NCBI RefSeq assembly: GCF_963921235.1
Contig: NC_086097.1
Span: forward strand, 210,678,001-210,742,000
DNA length: 64,000 nt
Direction of reading: 5' to 3'
Source of the DNA: Mobula hypostoma
Lineage: Eukaryota
The position numbers and the translations under genes are program-made. Under the pieces are notes generated by a model that was not told where the DNA came from, did not search any database, and saw only the letters and a list, made by a program, of their open reading frames with translations. Of the stretch, positions 1-11,735 are shown one piece after another (position 1 is the first letter of the stretch; each line of letters starts with the position of its first letter).

Positions 1-361
1 CCCTGTGAATATGTGGAAAGTTAAAATCACCTACTATCAGAACCTTATGTTTCTTGCAACTGTATGAGATTTCTCTACAAATATGCTTCACTAAATTCCA
101 TGGACTGTTGGGTTGTCAATAATATAATCCCATTAATATGGTCATACCTTTCTTATTATTCAGTCCTACCCATAAAGCCTCACCAGACAAGCTCTCTAGT
201 CTGTTCCGACTGACTGCATACTCCTGTGATATCTTTCCTGACTAGTAATGCCACCACTCCCCCTTTAATCCCTCTCATTCTTTCACGTCTAAAACAATGG
301 AACCCTGGAACATTGAGCTGCCAGTCCTGCCCCTCCTGAGCCATGACTCACTAATGTCTAC
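1..361 (-). mobile_element. CR1 LINE ORF2 endonuclease fragment (decayed, runs off the window)
   Basis: Minus-strand translation gives QEGQDWQLNVPGFHCFRRE..VALLVR and VLIVGDFNF, motifs of the APE-type endonuclease of CR1 ORF2. Confidence 0.8.
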
Positions 362-1995
362 AAAGTTCAAAGTTCAAAGTAAATTTATTATTAAAGTACA
401 TATACAATGCTGAGATTCATTTTCTTGTGGGCATAAACAATAAATCTATAATGGAATAATAACCATAATAGTATCAATGAAAGACGGCACCACCTTGGGT
501 GTTGAACCAGGGTGTAAAAGACAATGTACTGTGTAAATACATGAAACCCCTTTTTACTGGGCATCTCTGGAAATGTGGGTTGTTAGCCCCTTGCTAACAG
601 CTACTGGACTCCATGGTGAAAAACTCACTTTTCACAGGCTTCGTATATCTGGGGTGTATACGACTTTGGTCCCATCAAATCCATGAAGTTGTGATGTCTA
701 ACCCACCCAAATCCCAGTTTGTGTGACTTACCGCCGAAATAACAAATTGCACATTGCATACAATTATAAAGAAACTGTATTTATGAACGCTAACTTACCA
801 AAGAGTTAGTAGAGCAGTTGAGCTACTAGGACTTGATGTTTCAATCCCTATGGTAAGTCAGCACTCTCGATGTTGGCAGTGGGTTTGCTGTGGTGACAAG
901 GAGGGAGGGTAGGTACGTCATCGGGGTCATCAGGTGGGCACCCTCCTTCTTTGACATTTCGTTGATAAGCCCACGATGTCTCCAGAGGGCTCAATGGTGC
1001 TACCTGGCATCCCAGATACACCCCCCTCAGTTCCATACCCTCCTGTCTTCATCTTGCAGCCCAGTTGTTGTCTTTCCTTTTAATCCAAATCCAATTGCTG
1101 CTTTCTTCTGCTGCATTTGAAAAGGACTTGATTGCTTGTTGGAGGGAGTGACCCCTCACCCCCATATTCTTCAATAGACTGGTCGTAGATGTAACAACGA
1201 ATCCCCTCCATCCCACTTCTACAGGGAAAATCTTGGTCTTCCAGCCATTAAAGAAAGAAAAAAAAACAAAAAGGGCCCATTATAATAAACAGTCAAATGT
1301 GCACAGATTGGAGCTCAAATCTTCCAAAAACCATAGCCACCAATTCTCAGTAGACCTCCATGCCTTGGGCTCCATCGAATCATGCATTCCCACCAGATCG
1401 AACCCTATGGCCAGTTCTCTCCAGCTTCTTCTCTTCCTATCTCCCATTGAACAAAGACAAAGACCAACCTTAGTGCTGCTCTCAAAACCTTTCTCCTCAG
1501 CGTTCTCTAAAACCTTCTCCCAGTTCCACCATCCTAACTAGATGACACACATTCCTAAGCATCCTTCATCTTTAACTGTAACCCAAACAGGCTGAAAGCA
1601 GAACAGACTGCTCTTACAGAACTGCTAAAATGAAATACCTACAGCATAGTAGTAGTAAAAATGTGAAACAGGGGATTACATACAGAAAGAAAAATATAAT
1701 AAAGAAAAATATAATAATTATAGATATATAAGCAATAGATATAGAGAACAAGAGATGAAGAGTCTTTGAAAGTGAATCCATTGGTTATGGGAACATTTCA
1801 ATGATCATGCAAGTGAAGTTGAATCAAGTTATCCCCTTTGGTTCAAGAGTCTGAATGCTGAGGGATAATAAATGTTTCTGAACCTCTGGGCATGGGTTCC
1901 TGATGATGTATGCTACTTTCCTCTACATCACTTCATGTAGATGTGCTCATTGATGAGAAAGGTTTTACCCATGATGGACTGAACCATAACCAATA
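362..1995 (-). mobile_element. Rex1/Babar-type LINE 3' end, split by an LTR-like insertion at 542-1680
   Basis: (GAACTTT)n tail at 362-380 on the minus strand. The sequence is colinear with the copy at ~40512-40945 once 542-1680 is removed. Confidence 0.65.
542..1680 (-). mobile_element. Solo-LTR-like element (Gypsy/ERV-type), with an unrelated internal insert at ~815-1235
   Basis: Ends are TG...CA (tgaaacccc / ggggattaca), flanked by a 4-bp direct repeat TACA (538-541, 1681-1684). Homologous to 14147-15348 in the opposite orientation. Confidence 0.6.
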
Positions 1996-2754
1996 ACTTG
2001 GAGAAACTATTGGCCAAAAGAAGAACACATTTTCTTTTCTCACCTGTGCCTTTGTACAGAAGGTGAAAAAGCCTGAAAGCACATGACAGGTAGTGGGAGC
2101 TTGTCCCCATTACCATCCCCAGCTATAACAACCTTAACAAACTGTACCTCAGCACACATGACATTAATAAACTAATTCCAATCATTTCATCTCAAGTTGA
2201 AGATAAGATTCTAAGATAAGACTTGCTTTATTTGTCACATTTACTTCACAATATACAGTGAAATGCATCAGTTGCATCAAGTCAAATCAGTAAGGATTGT
2301 GTTAGGCAGCCCACAAGTGTCTCCAAGCTTCTTACAGACAGCATTGCGAATTGAACACAATGCTGCTCTAACCACTATGCTACCATAAAAGAACTCAATG
2401 TACATGGCTTGGAAATGGACAAGCACTTATTAGTCAACTTCAGTGCCATTCTATAAGAGTAGTCCTGCTTATAAGGGCAGCAACACATGCATACACTATA
2501 ATAGTGGATGATAAAGAAAAAAAGTGGGAATAAATCTTGCATGCAAGCACAGATCAGATGGATGGACTAAAATGTACAAATGCATTGAATCCCTTGACTC
2601 TGAACACTTTCCGAAGTTAATAACTTCTGTTCAGAGGTAAAGGAAGCTGCCTGAAATAGTTGGTCCTGGAAATACTAGTTGTCAGATGTTTGAGAAGGGT
2701 GAAATTAAGGAAAGGGCAAAACACAGGGATTAATCTTTGATCCTGAATGAATAC

Positions 2755-4435
2755 ACCACCACTCTCACTGATTTCATCAATACCTGTGTAGATAAATGTG
2801 TACCCTCAAAAATATACTAGACATACCCAATCCAAAAGCTGGGGATGAACCAGAAGATACATAGTCTGCTGAGGGCTAGATCTGTGGTATTCAAGATTGG
2901 TGATCCAGAACTATACAAGAAACTGAGGGATGACCTACTGCATGGAAGGCTATTTTAAGAGCAAAAAACCAATTCCAATTGAGGTTAGAGTCAGAATTGG
3001 ATGCATGTCAGCTCTAGCTCTGTCAGGGTTTGTAGGCCATTACTTCCTACAAAGTGAAACCTAACATCACAAATGGCTATGATGTTTCACTCACAGCTGA
3101 GCCCAACACCTTTTATGCATGCTTAAGAAGAAAACTACACCTGTGAGAATCAATATAGCATCTGGTGACCCTGTGATCTCTGTTTTGGAGGCTAACAACA
3201 GAACATTTTTCAAGAGTGTGAACCCTCGCTAGATATCAGTTCCTGATGTGTACCTGGTAGGGCACTGAAAGCCTGTACCAACCAACAGGCAGGAGGGTTC
3301 AAGAACATCTTCAATCTCTCACTGCTGCAGATGGAGATTCCCACCTGCTTTAAAAGACAACAACCATACCAGTGCCTAAGAAGAGGAAGGTGAGCTACCT
3401 CAACAGCTATCACCCAGTTGCACTCACATTTACTGTGATGAAGTGACTTGAGAGGCTGGTGTTGGGCAGAATTAACTTCTGCCTAAGCAAGGAGCTGATT
3501 GCTTCAATTTGCCTATTGCCATGATAGGTCTACAACGAATACCTTTTCACTGGTTCTCTATTCAGCTTTGGATCATCTGGACAATAGCAATACCTATACC
3601 AGGCTGCTGTTTATTGATTACAGCTCAGTGTTCAACACAATCCTACCCTCAGTTCTAATCAATAAGCTCCAACCTCAGGGCCTTTGTAGCTCTCTTTGTA
3701 AATGGATCCTTGACTTTTTCATCATGAGACCTCAGCTGGTACGGATTGGAAGTAACTTCTCCTATTCACTGTGAATCAACACTGGTGCACCTCAAGCATG
3801 TGTTCTTCACCCAGTGCTTTAGTCTCTTTATGCCCATGACTGTGTGGCTAGGCACAGCTTAAATGGCACCTATAAATTTGCTGATGACACAGCTATCGTC
3901 TGAATTTCAGGTGGTGACGAGGAGGCGTACAGGAGTGAGATGGGTCAGCTGGTTGGCACCGGTCCTCACTGAGGGATCAGCAGTGGAAAGAATGAGCCCT
4001 TCCAAGTTCCTGCGTGTCACCATCTCTGAAGATCTAACCTGGACCTAACATATTGATAGAATTACAAATAAGGCACGGCAGTGGCTATATTTCATTAGGA
4101 ATTTGAGAAGATCTGGTTTATCACCCAAGACTCTCGCAAATTTCTACAGATGTACCATGGAGAATATTCTAATTGGTTCTATCACTATCCGGTAGGGAGG
4201 GGCCAGAGCAGAGTATCAGAAAAATCTGAAGAATGTTGCAAACTCAGCCAGTTCCATCATGGGCACCAGCTTCCATAGCACCAAAGACACCTTCAAAAAG
4301 CAATGCCTCAAAAAGGCAGCATCTATTCAGGCTGCCCCATCACCCAGCACATGTCTTCTCATTGCTACCATCAAAGAGGAGGTACAAGAGCATGAAGACA
4401 CACACTGAACATTTCATAAACAGCTTCTTGGCCTC
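2755..4435 (+). mobile_element. Rex1/Babar-type LINE, 5'-truncated, decayed RT
   Basis: ORF pieces LQFAY..DRST, RLLFIDYSSVFNTI, GAPQ.CVL.P, KFADD, FYRCTMENIL; multiple stops and frameshifts. Confidence 0.85.
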
Positions 4436-4439
4436 TGGC

Positions 4440-4535
4440 AAGTCCTGACAAAAGGTCTCGGCCTAAAACGTCGACTGTATCTCTTCCTATAGATGCTGCC
4501 TGGCCTGCTGTGTTCACCAGAATATTTTGTGTGTC
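4440..4535 (+). mobile_element. Penelope-like terminal (pLTR) fragment with decayed minimal hammerhead motif
   Basis: agtc-ctgacaa-aaggtctcggcct-aaaa-cgtc-gactg followed by atagatgctgcctggcctgctg; same as the terminus of the Penelope at 11824-12813. Confidence 0.65.
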
Positions 4536-6395
4536 TTCAAGACTGTATTGTCAGAACTTTCCAAATCTGTGACTTCCACAATTAGATAAATAACAGCAGA
4601 AGTATCATCAGTTCCCATTTCCTTTCCAGTCAAGTGCAATTCTTATTAAAATCAGGATTATGATTCATTTGTGTCAAAATTATGCTACTTTCTAGCAAAT
4701 AGTTTTGTGGGAGCATTTTCACCAGAATGAATTGAAAAGACTCATCAACCATCTTCTCAAGAGCAGTAAGCAATCCTGCCAGTGACACATACATAATCCA
4801 GAATAAATGTTAAAAAATGGAATTCACACAAATGCCTGATAACTACCTTTATTCTGGATTTCTCCTATAATATTTTTGTATATTATTAGAGAAGACAGTG
4901 TAAAGATATTCATAGGGAATACATGTACTGAATCTAACACCTAACCTTTACCCTAATTCTTTCCAAGTACTAGAGCTCCAAGAGCTCCTATACTTAAATT
5001 AGAGGTTCAATATGAGATAAAAATACAAAGAATCTGGTCCTTTGACTGAGTTTAGCTAAGTAAAATAAGCAAATCACAACAAATAAACAGTGAGGCGGTA
5101 ATGAAATTCGCTGTCAGTCTGTAGACATCAATAATTTATAACAGTTTAGCACCTTACATTATTTATGAAGCCGGCTTAATTACTAAGGTGGCCAGAATGC
5201 AATACGGTACATTTCCAAATAGTTCTTACTGAAGACAAGAAAAAAGAGTGCAGATAAGCAACTTGTATAATTTGCAGGCAAAATTGGTGTTTGCTTAAGG
5301 TGCATATTTTTATTTCAGAGAAGATTGACACTGATGGAAATTTATTCCGGAGTACATAATAAGTTATAGAATTTGGAAAGAAATTGCAAAGACATTAGTT
5401 GAAATGAATGCAGAGTGTTTGTTTATAATGATTCTCAAAAGCTTTTTTACACGGTATTATAGAATACTTGTAGGAAAGGTAATGACTCATGGCATTAAGT
5501 GAACAGATTTCGCGAGTTGGTTCAGTTTGCATAATGCATGATAGACATTAATGTCTCAGGCAGAATGGATGCAGTTTGAGCTTCTTCAAGCTTTCTTCCA
5601 GAAATTCCAGAGAATCTTTTCAGCTAAGAGTCCTTATCTGCAAGGATTCTTTCAGATAATGTTTTACCTTTATACAGATGTTTGTGGTGTAACTATCAAA
5701 AAAGGGCTTGTGTAACCATCACAATAAGTACTTTGATGGGAAAGTCTCAATAACAACTTTGTGGAATAAAATATGAGGAAGAGTGTTGATAGTGCAGCCA
5801 ATTTTTGGGTCCACCATCTGAGTTGAGACCAGTGAGTGGGTTGCAAAGGAGGCTGGCATGATGGGTACCGTGAAGAAAGGCAGAGAGCAAATATTATATT
5901 ACTGGATAAAGGTATAGTTCCAGCTCACAGGGAAGTACTTCTATGAGCCTTTTGGAGGATGTCAACAGTGGCACAGAAGGACACTGTAGGAAAATCCAAA
6001 TTCCCCCACTGGGAAGGCAGTGAGAGAAAAGGAAAGATGATAATTTAATTTTCAAATGCATAGTCTGAGATGAATCTAGAATTATTCCAAATTGTAGTAG
6101 CTGGTATAGAATCACAGGAAGTATAGCAAAGAATGAGGCTACTTACCCTACAGAACTCATGCAAGTGTTGGATATTCTGTTGGAGTTATCAAATCAAATT
6201 CAAATTCTTTGGCACTTCTGTATGTTTGTCCTGTTCTTCTCTTTAAGACCATAATACATAGGAGCAAAATTAGGCCATTTGGACCATCAAGTCTGCTCTG
6301 CCATTCCATCATGGCTGATTTATTTTCCCCTCAAAAGGCCCCGTTTCTGTACTGGATTATTCTCTTTCTCTGACTCTGACTTACTTGTAGATAAT

Positions 6396-6819
6396 GGTAG
6401 GAAGACCGCCCAAGGATATCTTTTACTGCCAACTGTCCAGTGGTACCCGAAAACGAGGAGGCCAGCGACTGCGATACAAGGATGTTCTGCACAGGAGCCT
6501 TAAGAAAGTTGACATTGCCCCATCAACATGGGAGGATCTGGCTCAAAATCGCTCACAGTGGAGGGATGCCATCAGAAAAGGTGTGGATGCTGCTGAGAAG
6601 AGGCTCAACGAGGCAACGGAGGAAAGGCCCAGGAAGCGCAGCAACAGAGCTTCTGCTCCTGCTGCCCTTCCAGGCCTCACCTGCCAAGTATGTGGCAAGC
6701 AGTGCCTGTCAAGGATTGGCCTGTACGACCACTCCAGGATGCACATATCAAACCCCACTAAATGACTGAAAGGAACCATCATCATCCTGTGGGATGGATA
6801 GCCAGAGAGAGAGAGAGAG
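6396..6819 (+). mobile_element. RTE-clade (BovB-like) LINE 3' end with intact C-terminal reading frame
   Basis: ORF RPPKDIFYCQLSSGTRKRGGQRLRYKDVL...WEDLAQNRSQWR...CQVCGKQCLSRIGLYDHSRMH (C2H2 finger), (GA)n tail, GATAAT target-site duplication at 6390-6395 and 6820-6825. Confidence 0.85.
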
Positions 6820-6911
6820 GATAATCTACAAAAAAATGCTCTTCGAACAGTGAAATGCCTAATGCATTAGAAAGTCCTGTGTCAGGTCAAGGACTATGAA
6901 AATACTGACCT

Positions 6912-7270
6912 TAGAAAATAGAATATAGAACAGTATCATGCAAGAACATCACAATATTTGTGGTATACCAGATGCCAAATTAAACTAACTCTCTTCTGCA
7001 TGTACATAGTACATATCCCTCCTTCTGTCTGTACATGGTCTGTAACCCACCATCCTTGCAAATTCATGTGTCTATCTTCAATGCCACTATCATTTCTGCT
7101 TTCACCACTCCTTTTGGCAGCCCATTTCAGGTATCTACCACTTTGTGTGTACAAAGAAACTTGCGCTGCTCATCTCCTTCAAACTTTCCCTCTCTCTGCT
7201 TAAATGCATGCCTTTCAGTATTTGACACTTCAACTTGAGAAAAAGATTCTGAGTGTCTACCCTATCTACA
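6912..7270 (-). mobile_element. Old CR1 3' fragment
   Basis: Tail-like atagaatatagaa; resembles the CR1 ORF2 end and 3'UTR of other copies in the window. Confidence 0.55.
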
Positions 7271-7350
7271 CTTCTGCTGATCTCACAACCTTAGGGCTTT
7301 GCATAGATCTTGGAGCCTATTATCTTTACCATGAAAGTAGTGGACAGTTA

Positions 7351-7700
7351 GAAACATAGTAACATAGAAAACCTACAGCACAATACAGGCCCTTTGGCTC
7401 ACAATGCTATGCCGAACATGTATTTATTTTAGAAATTACCTAGGGTTATCCATAGCCCTCTATTTTTTTAAGATCCATGTACCAATCCAGGAGTCTCTTA
7501 AAAAAATCCTATCGTATCTGCCTCCAGGACCATCGCCGGCAGCACATTCCACGCACTCTCCACTCTCTGTGTAAAAAAACTTACCCCTGAAATCTCCTCT
7601 ATACCTACTTCCAAGCACCTTAAAACTGTGCCCTCTCGTGTTAGCCATTTCAGCCCTGGGAAAAAGCCTTTGATGCCCCTCATCATCTTATACACCTCGT
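7351..7700 (-). mobile_element. CR1 3' fragment
   Basis: EVYKMMRGI, MANTRGHSFKVLGSRYRGD..GKFFTQRV..AWN; (TTTCTATG)-type tail. Confidence 0.8.
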
Positions 7701-9377
7701 TATTTCCTCCTTCTATTTTAAATTCTCCTACTTTCCAATTTCTTTTTGTCTGATCTCCTACCTCCTGCTCTTGATTCAAGTTGCGGGTGTGCTATGTTGG
7801 TGTCAGTGACTTGGCAACTCTTTTGGCTGCCCATCACAGTCCTCTCTGACTTGATTTGATGCAAACGACTCATTTCGCTATTTATTTTGATGTTTTAATG
7901 TGCAAGTGACAAATAAAGCTAATTTAATCTTTATCTTACAAATTATGCTGTTTGTTTTTCTTGTCTGCCCTCTTGAAAACGACCTTGTAGATTGTGGGTG
8001 TGAGAGGTTTAGCTGTGACAATGCAGCCAGACAGGAGAAGATAGGGGCAGAAGATGATAAGGTGAAAAGTCAGCATGGAGATCAGGATTGACCTGGGGAA
8101 CAGAGCCCAAGAAACTGTCAGGGGATTGGATAAATTAATCACAGGATCTCAGTGAGAGAGGAGTTAGTCAATGTGGTTCTTTAAAATGGTGAATGGGGAT
8201 TCAAACTGGTGTGTTGAAAAGTAGCTTAAATCTTGTAAGGACCAGGGATCTACAGTATGTAAACTTTTTACTGACCTATAGACTTCAAATTTGCTGGACA
8301 AAGAATCTATTGGCTGTCCTGTACTGACTGTGTTCAAAATGATGCTACCAGGAACACGTCAATCAAGTTCCGCAGCGGTAGTTCAAAATGTGATGGGGTG
8401 ACTTATGCCAAGAAGTGCCCAGATTAACTTTCAATTGACAAGGTACATCTCAGAAATTATCCTTATTACATTTCCACCTTTAAATCTTTGATTTTCCATT
8501 GCTTAATCCCAAAACAATCAGCTTTTGCAGTTGAATTTCCAGGTTGTGACAGTTAAAAAGATGCTTTTGATTGAAAAAGCAACAATGGCAATCAAGTCTG
8601 ATTATATTTCATAGTTTAAATTAACTGTCCATTATGTCTGCATCAACAGAAAACTCATCATTAGTAAAGGGGTAGAATTTGCATCGATTGGCTGAAGAAC
8701 AAGCATCTGAATTTCTAAATCCTGACTGAAACCTATTTTTGTTTTATACTTAAGCTCTTAAATATTTTGTTTCCTTATCTTTTGCAGACTTTTCAACAAA
8801 ATTTTAATGCTTCAGTAACTTCTCCTGCATGCACACCACATTTTCTGATAAGTGTTTTCTGGCAGTACCTAAGAATGTTAACATTACAGTACTCTTCTTG
8901 TTAAATTATAAACTGAAATAAATTATAAAAGCTTCTGTGTAATAAAGGTAAATTTACTATAAACAATAGCTACACCAGCTAATAACTTTTGAGCATGTTT
9001 AATGCTGAGGAGAGATTAGCTTGAAAACTTAATCATAAATTGCAAAAAATATTCTGTTTGTCATCAGGGCTAGTATATTTCCCAGTGTTTTCTAGTACTG
9101 TATACAGATTGAATGCTAATATGCTTATTGAAATGGTGTATGCTTGGCATCCGTCTGAAGCAAATGGGTTCAGTTCCACTGCAGAGTGTCTGTATCTGTG
9201 AAATACTTCTGAAAATCAACATATAATTATCCTTAGGCTTTATTTTTCTGCCAAGGCTTTATGTGCTGATATTATTTCCTGTCATAGTCGAGTGGCTTTA
9301 TTTCAGAAACTGACATATCCAAGCCTTTTGCGAAGTGAATCATTTCAAAACTTTGCTTGGTAAATTAAGTCAATGAT

Positions 9378-9655
9378 GTAGGATGTACCATGGTGAGCTT
9401 TCTAACTGGTTGCCTTGCCATCTGGTATGGCGGGGCAACTGCATAGGATCGGAAAAGCTGCAGTGGGTTGCAAATTCAGACAGCTCCATCATGGGCACTA
9501 GCCTCTCCAGCATCATGGACATGTTCAAAAGGTGATGCCTCAAAAAGACAGCATCCATCATCAAGGAACCCATCAACCAGGGCGTGTTCTCTTCTTATTA
9601 CTACCATCAGAGAAGAGGTACAGGAGCCTGATTCTGATTCCTGTTCTGATTCTGA
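9378..9655 (+). mobile_element. Rex1/Babar-type LINE 3' fragment
   Basis: RCT.VS.LTGC...WYG and K.ASIIKEPHQPG.VLF.LLPS..RYRS motifs; (ATTCTG)n tail. Confidence 0.7.
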
Positions 9656-10077
9656 TATGGATAGAGTTCCACCAAACATGTCCAAAGACTCCTTTTTGTT
9701 GGTCCTTAAGAGATAGGACTGAGCGTGAATATAGTGTTGTGACATTATGGGTTAAATTATGTGATAAGACTTGCAAGTAAAATAATCCTTAGCTCTTAAC
9801 TCTTCTGCAAAGTAATATGGCTCCCATCACTACCTTAGTAGGCTTTCTCTTTGCAAATAACATTTTAAAGCTGGCGATCTGGAGGTATAAGGAGTACTAT
9901 TTCACTTACAAAAAATAAGATTGTTCTTAAATTTTGATGTGTAAGGAAATGTTCTAGTATCCTTTGGAGTGAAAGTAGCTTCCTAGAAATCTGTCTTGAT
10001 GAATTCCCACAGTGAATAAAACCCTGCCCAGGTGAGATATGTGATGTTTGCATGCCAGGTATTTTTTATTATATTAG

Positions 10078-10200
10078 CAACACGCACAAAATGCTGGAGG
10101 AATTCAGCAGGCCAGGCAGCATCTATGGAAAAAAAGTATAGTTAATGTTCTGGGCCAAAACCCTTCGGCAGGATTTTGCAGAATTCTCTTGTTTGTGATT
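10078..10200 (-). mobile_element. Penelope-like terminal fragment
   Basis: acacaaaatgctggaggaattcagcaggccaggcagcatctatgg matches the reverse complement of the 4440-4535 terminus. Confidence 0.6.
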
Positions 10201-10941
10201 TTATTATATTAATTTCTTCTTACTAGTAGATAGCAATTCTGATAGCTAAGCAAAATAGCAAGTTCAATAAAAGTATCGACTTAGACTTCAAGCACCATCA
10301 AGCATTTGACTAATGTTTCACAGGAGGTGTAGCTTAATGAAGCAACTTGAGAGAATACTATTCATCTTTACAGTGTTTGATTGGTTCTGCCATTTCAACA
10401 TGAGTATTAATAACAAATACAAGGTAGATATCTAATAGATAAAGAAGTCTCTGAAGTAGAAAATTAAAACCAACTAACACGATTTTCAGAGTAACATGAG
10501 CAGACCAATCAACCTTGAGACAGCTTTACCATGGCTGTTTGGAACTTTATTTTGTTTTCCATGTTGTTTTCTATTCTAGTTGATACTCACACAAAATGAA
10601 ACATTATCAGTTTCTGGCATGGAGATGTCAACTGTTCTAGCATTTATTTCAGAATTTTATTCATCTTAATATCTTCTGAATTCAAGGAAGTACAAGGAAA
10701 TATTTTAACTTTGTAGCCAACATTCCACCAACCTGGTAGTTATTTCTTGTTTATGCATACTATCATAAATACATACATTGATCCCTAACTGCCTCTTCAC
10801 TTTCCTGATTTCCTAGTAGCTGATCATTAACAAAAATCCCATATGGATCCAATTTGCATAACCTCGCTCTGCTTCAATTTACAATATATTCCTCAAGTTT
10901 CATTGGTCTACATTATTTTTAGAATTTCCCCTTTTCAAGTA

Positions 10942-11148
10942 CATAAGACCATAAGATATAGGAGCAGAATTAGGCCACTCAGCCCATCTAGTCTGTTCTG
11001 CCATTCCATCGTGGCTGATCCTGGATCCCACTCAACCCCATACACCTGCCTTCTTGCCCTATCCATTGATGCCCTGACCGATCATGAAACTATCAACTTC
11101 TGCCTTAAATATACCCACGGATTTTTCCCTCACCGCAGTCTGTGGCCA
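10942..11148 (-). mobile_element. CR1 3' fragment
   Basis: cataagaccataagatataggagcagaattaggcc tail shared with the CR1s at 12814, 21465 and 42831. Confidence 0.75.
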
Positions 11149-11489
11149 AGTCATGTAATAGTTATTATCCTAATGTCACCAATAAACAATAATTTTTTTA
11201 TCCTAGTTTTTTAAAAATCTAAATCTGAAATCTCTGTCTTGATCCGTTCACAGTTAATTTTCTTTTTTTGTTTTCTGAAACTAAGCCAGCTTTTGATCCA
11301 GCTAGTCACTCTCTTGGATTCCATACTGCCTTGATCAACGCCATTGTAGATGTTGTCAAGAAGTTACCAAATTCCATGTGTACAGTATTCTGAAACATTT
11401 CGTTTCATTGACACTCCTTGTTTCATTTTTTAAAAAATTTCAGTGAACTAGTCAGACATGAACTTCCTTCATTCAATGCATATGACATA

Positions 11490-11735
11490 ATGGCAGCGTA
11501 GCAGAGTTCAGAGTTCAACCTTGGCGTCCCCTGTAAGAAGTCTGTACGCACTCTCTCCGGAACGCCTGGGTTTTCTCCGGGTGCTCCAGTTTTCTCCTGC
11601 AGTCTAAAGAAGTACCATTTAGAAGGTTAATTGGTCTTTGTAAATTGTCCTCTGATTAGGTTAGGGTTAAATGGGGGGTTGCTGGGCAGCACAGCATGAA
11701 TGGCCAGAAAGGGTCTGCACTCTACCCCTTAAAAA
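11490..11735 (+). mobile_element. tRNA-derived V-SINE (HE1-like)
   Basis: B-box-like gagttcaacc and V-domain tgggttttctccgggtgctccagttttctcctgcagtctaaaga. Confidence 0.7.

Noticed and set aside
6394..6765. C2H2 zinc-finger ORF as a host transcription-factor exon
   Set aside because: It has RTE C-terminal motifs, a (GA)n tail and a TSD.
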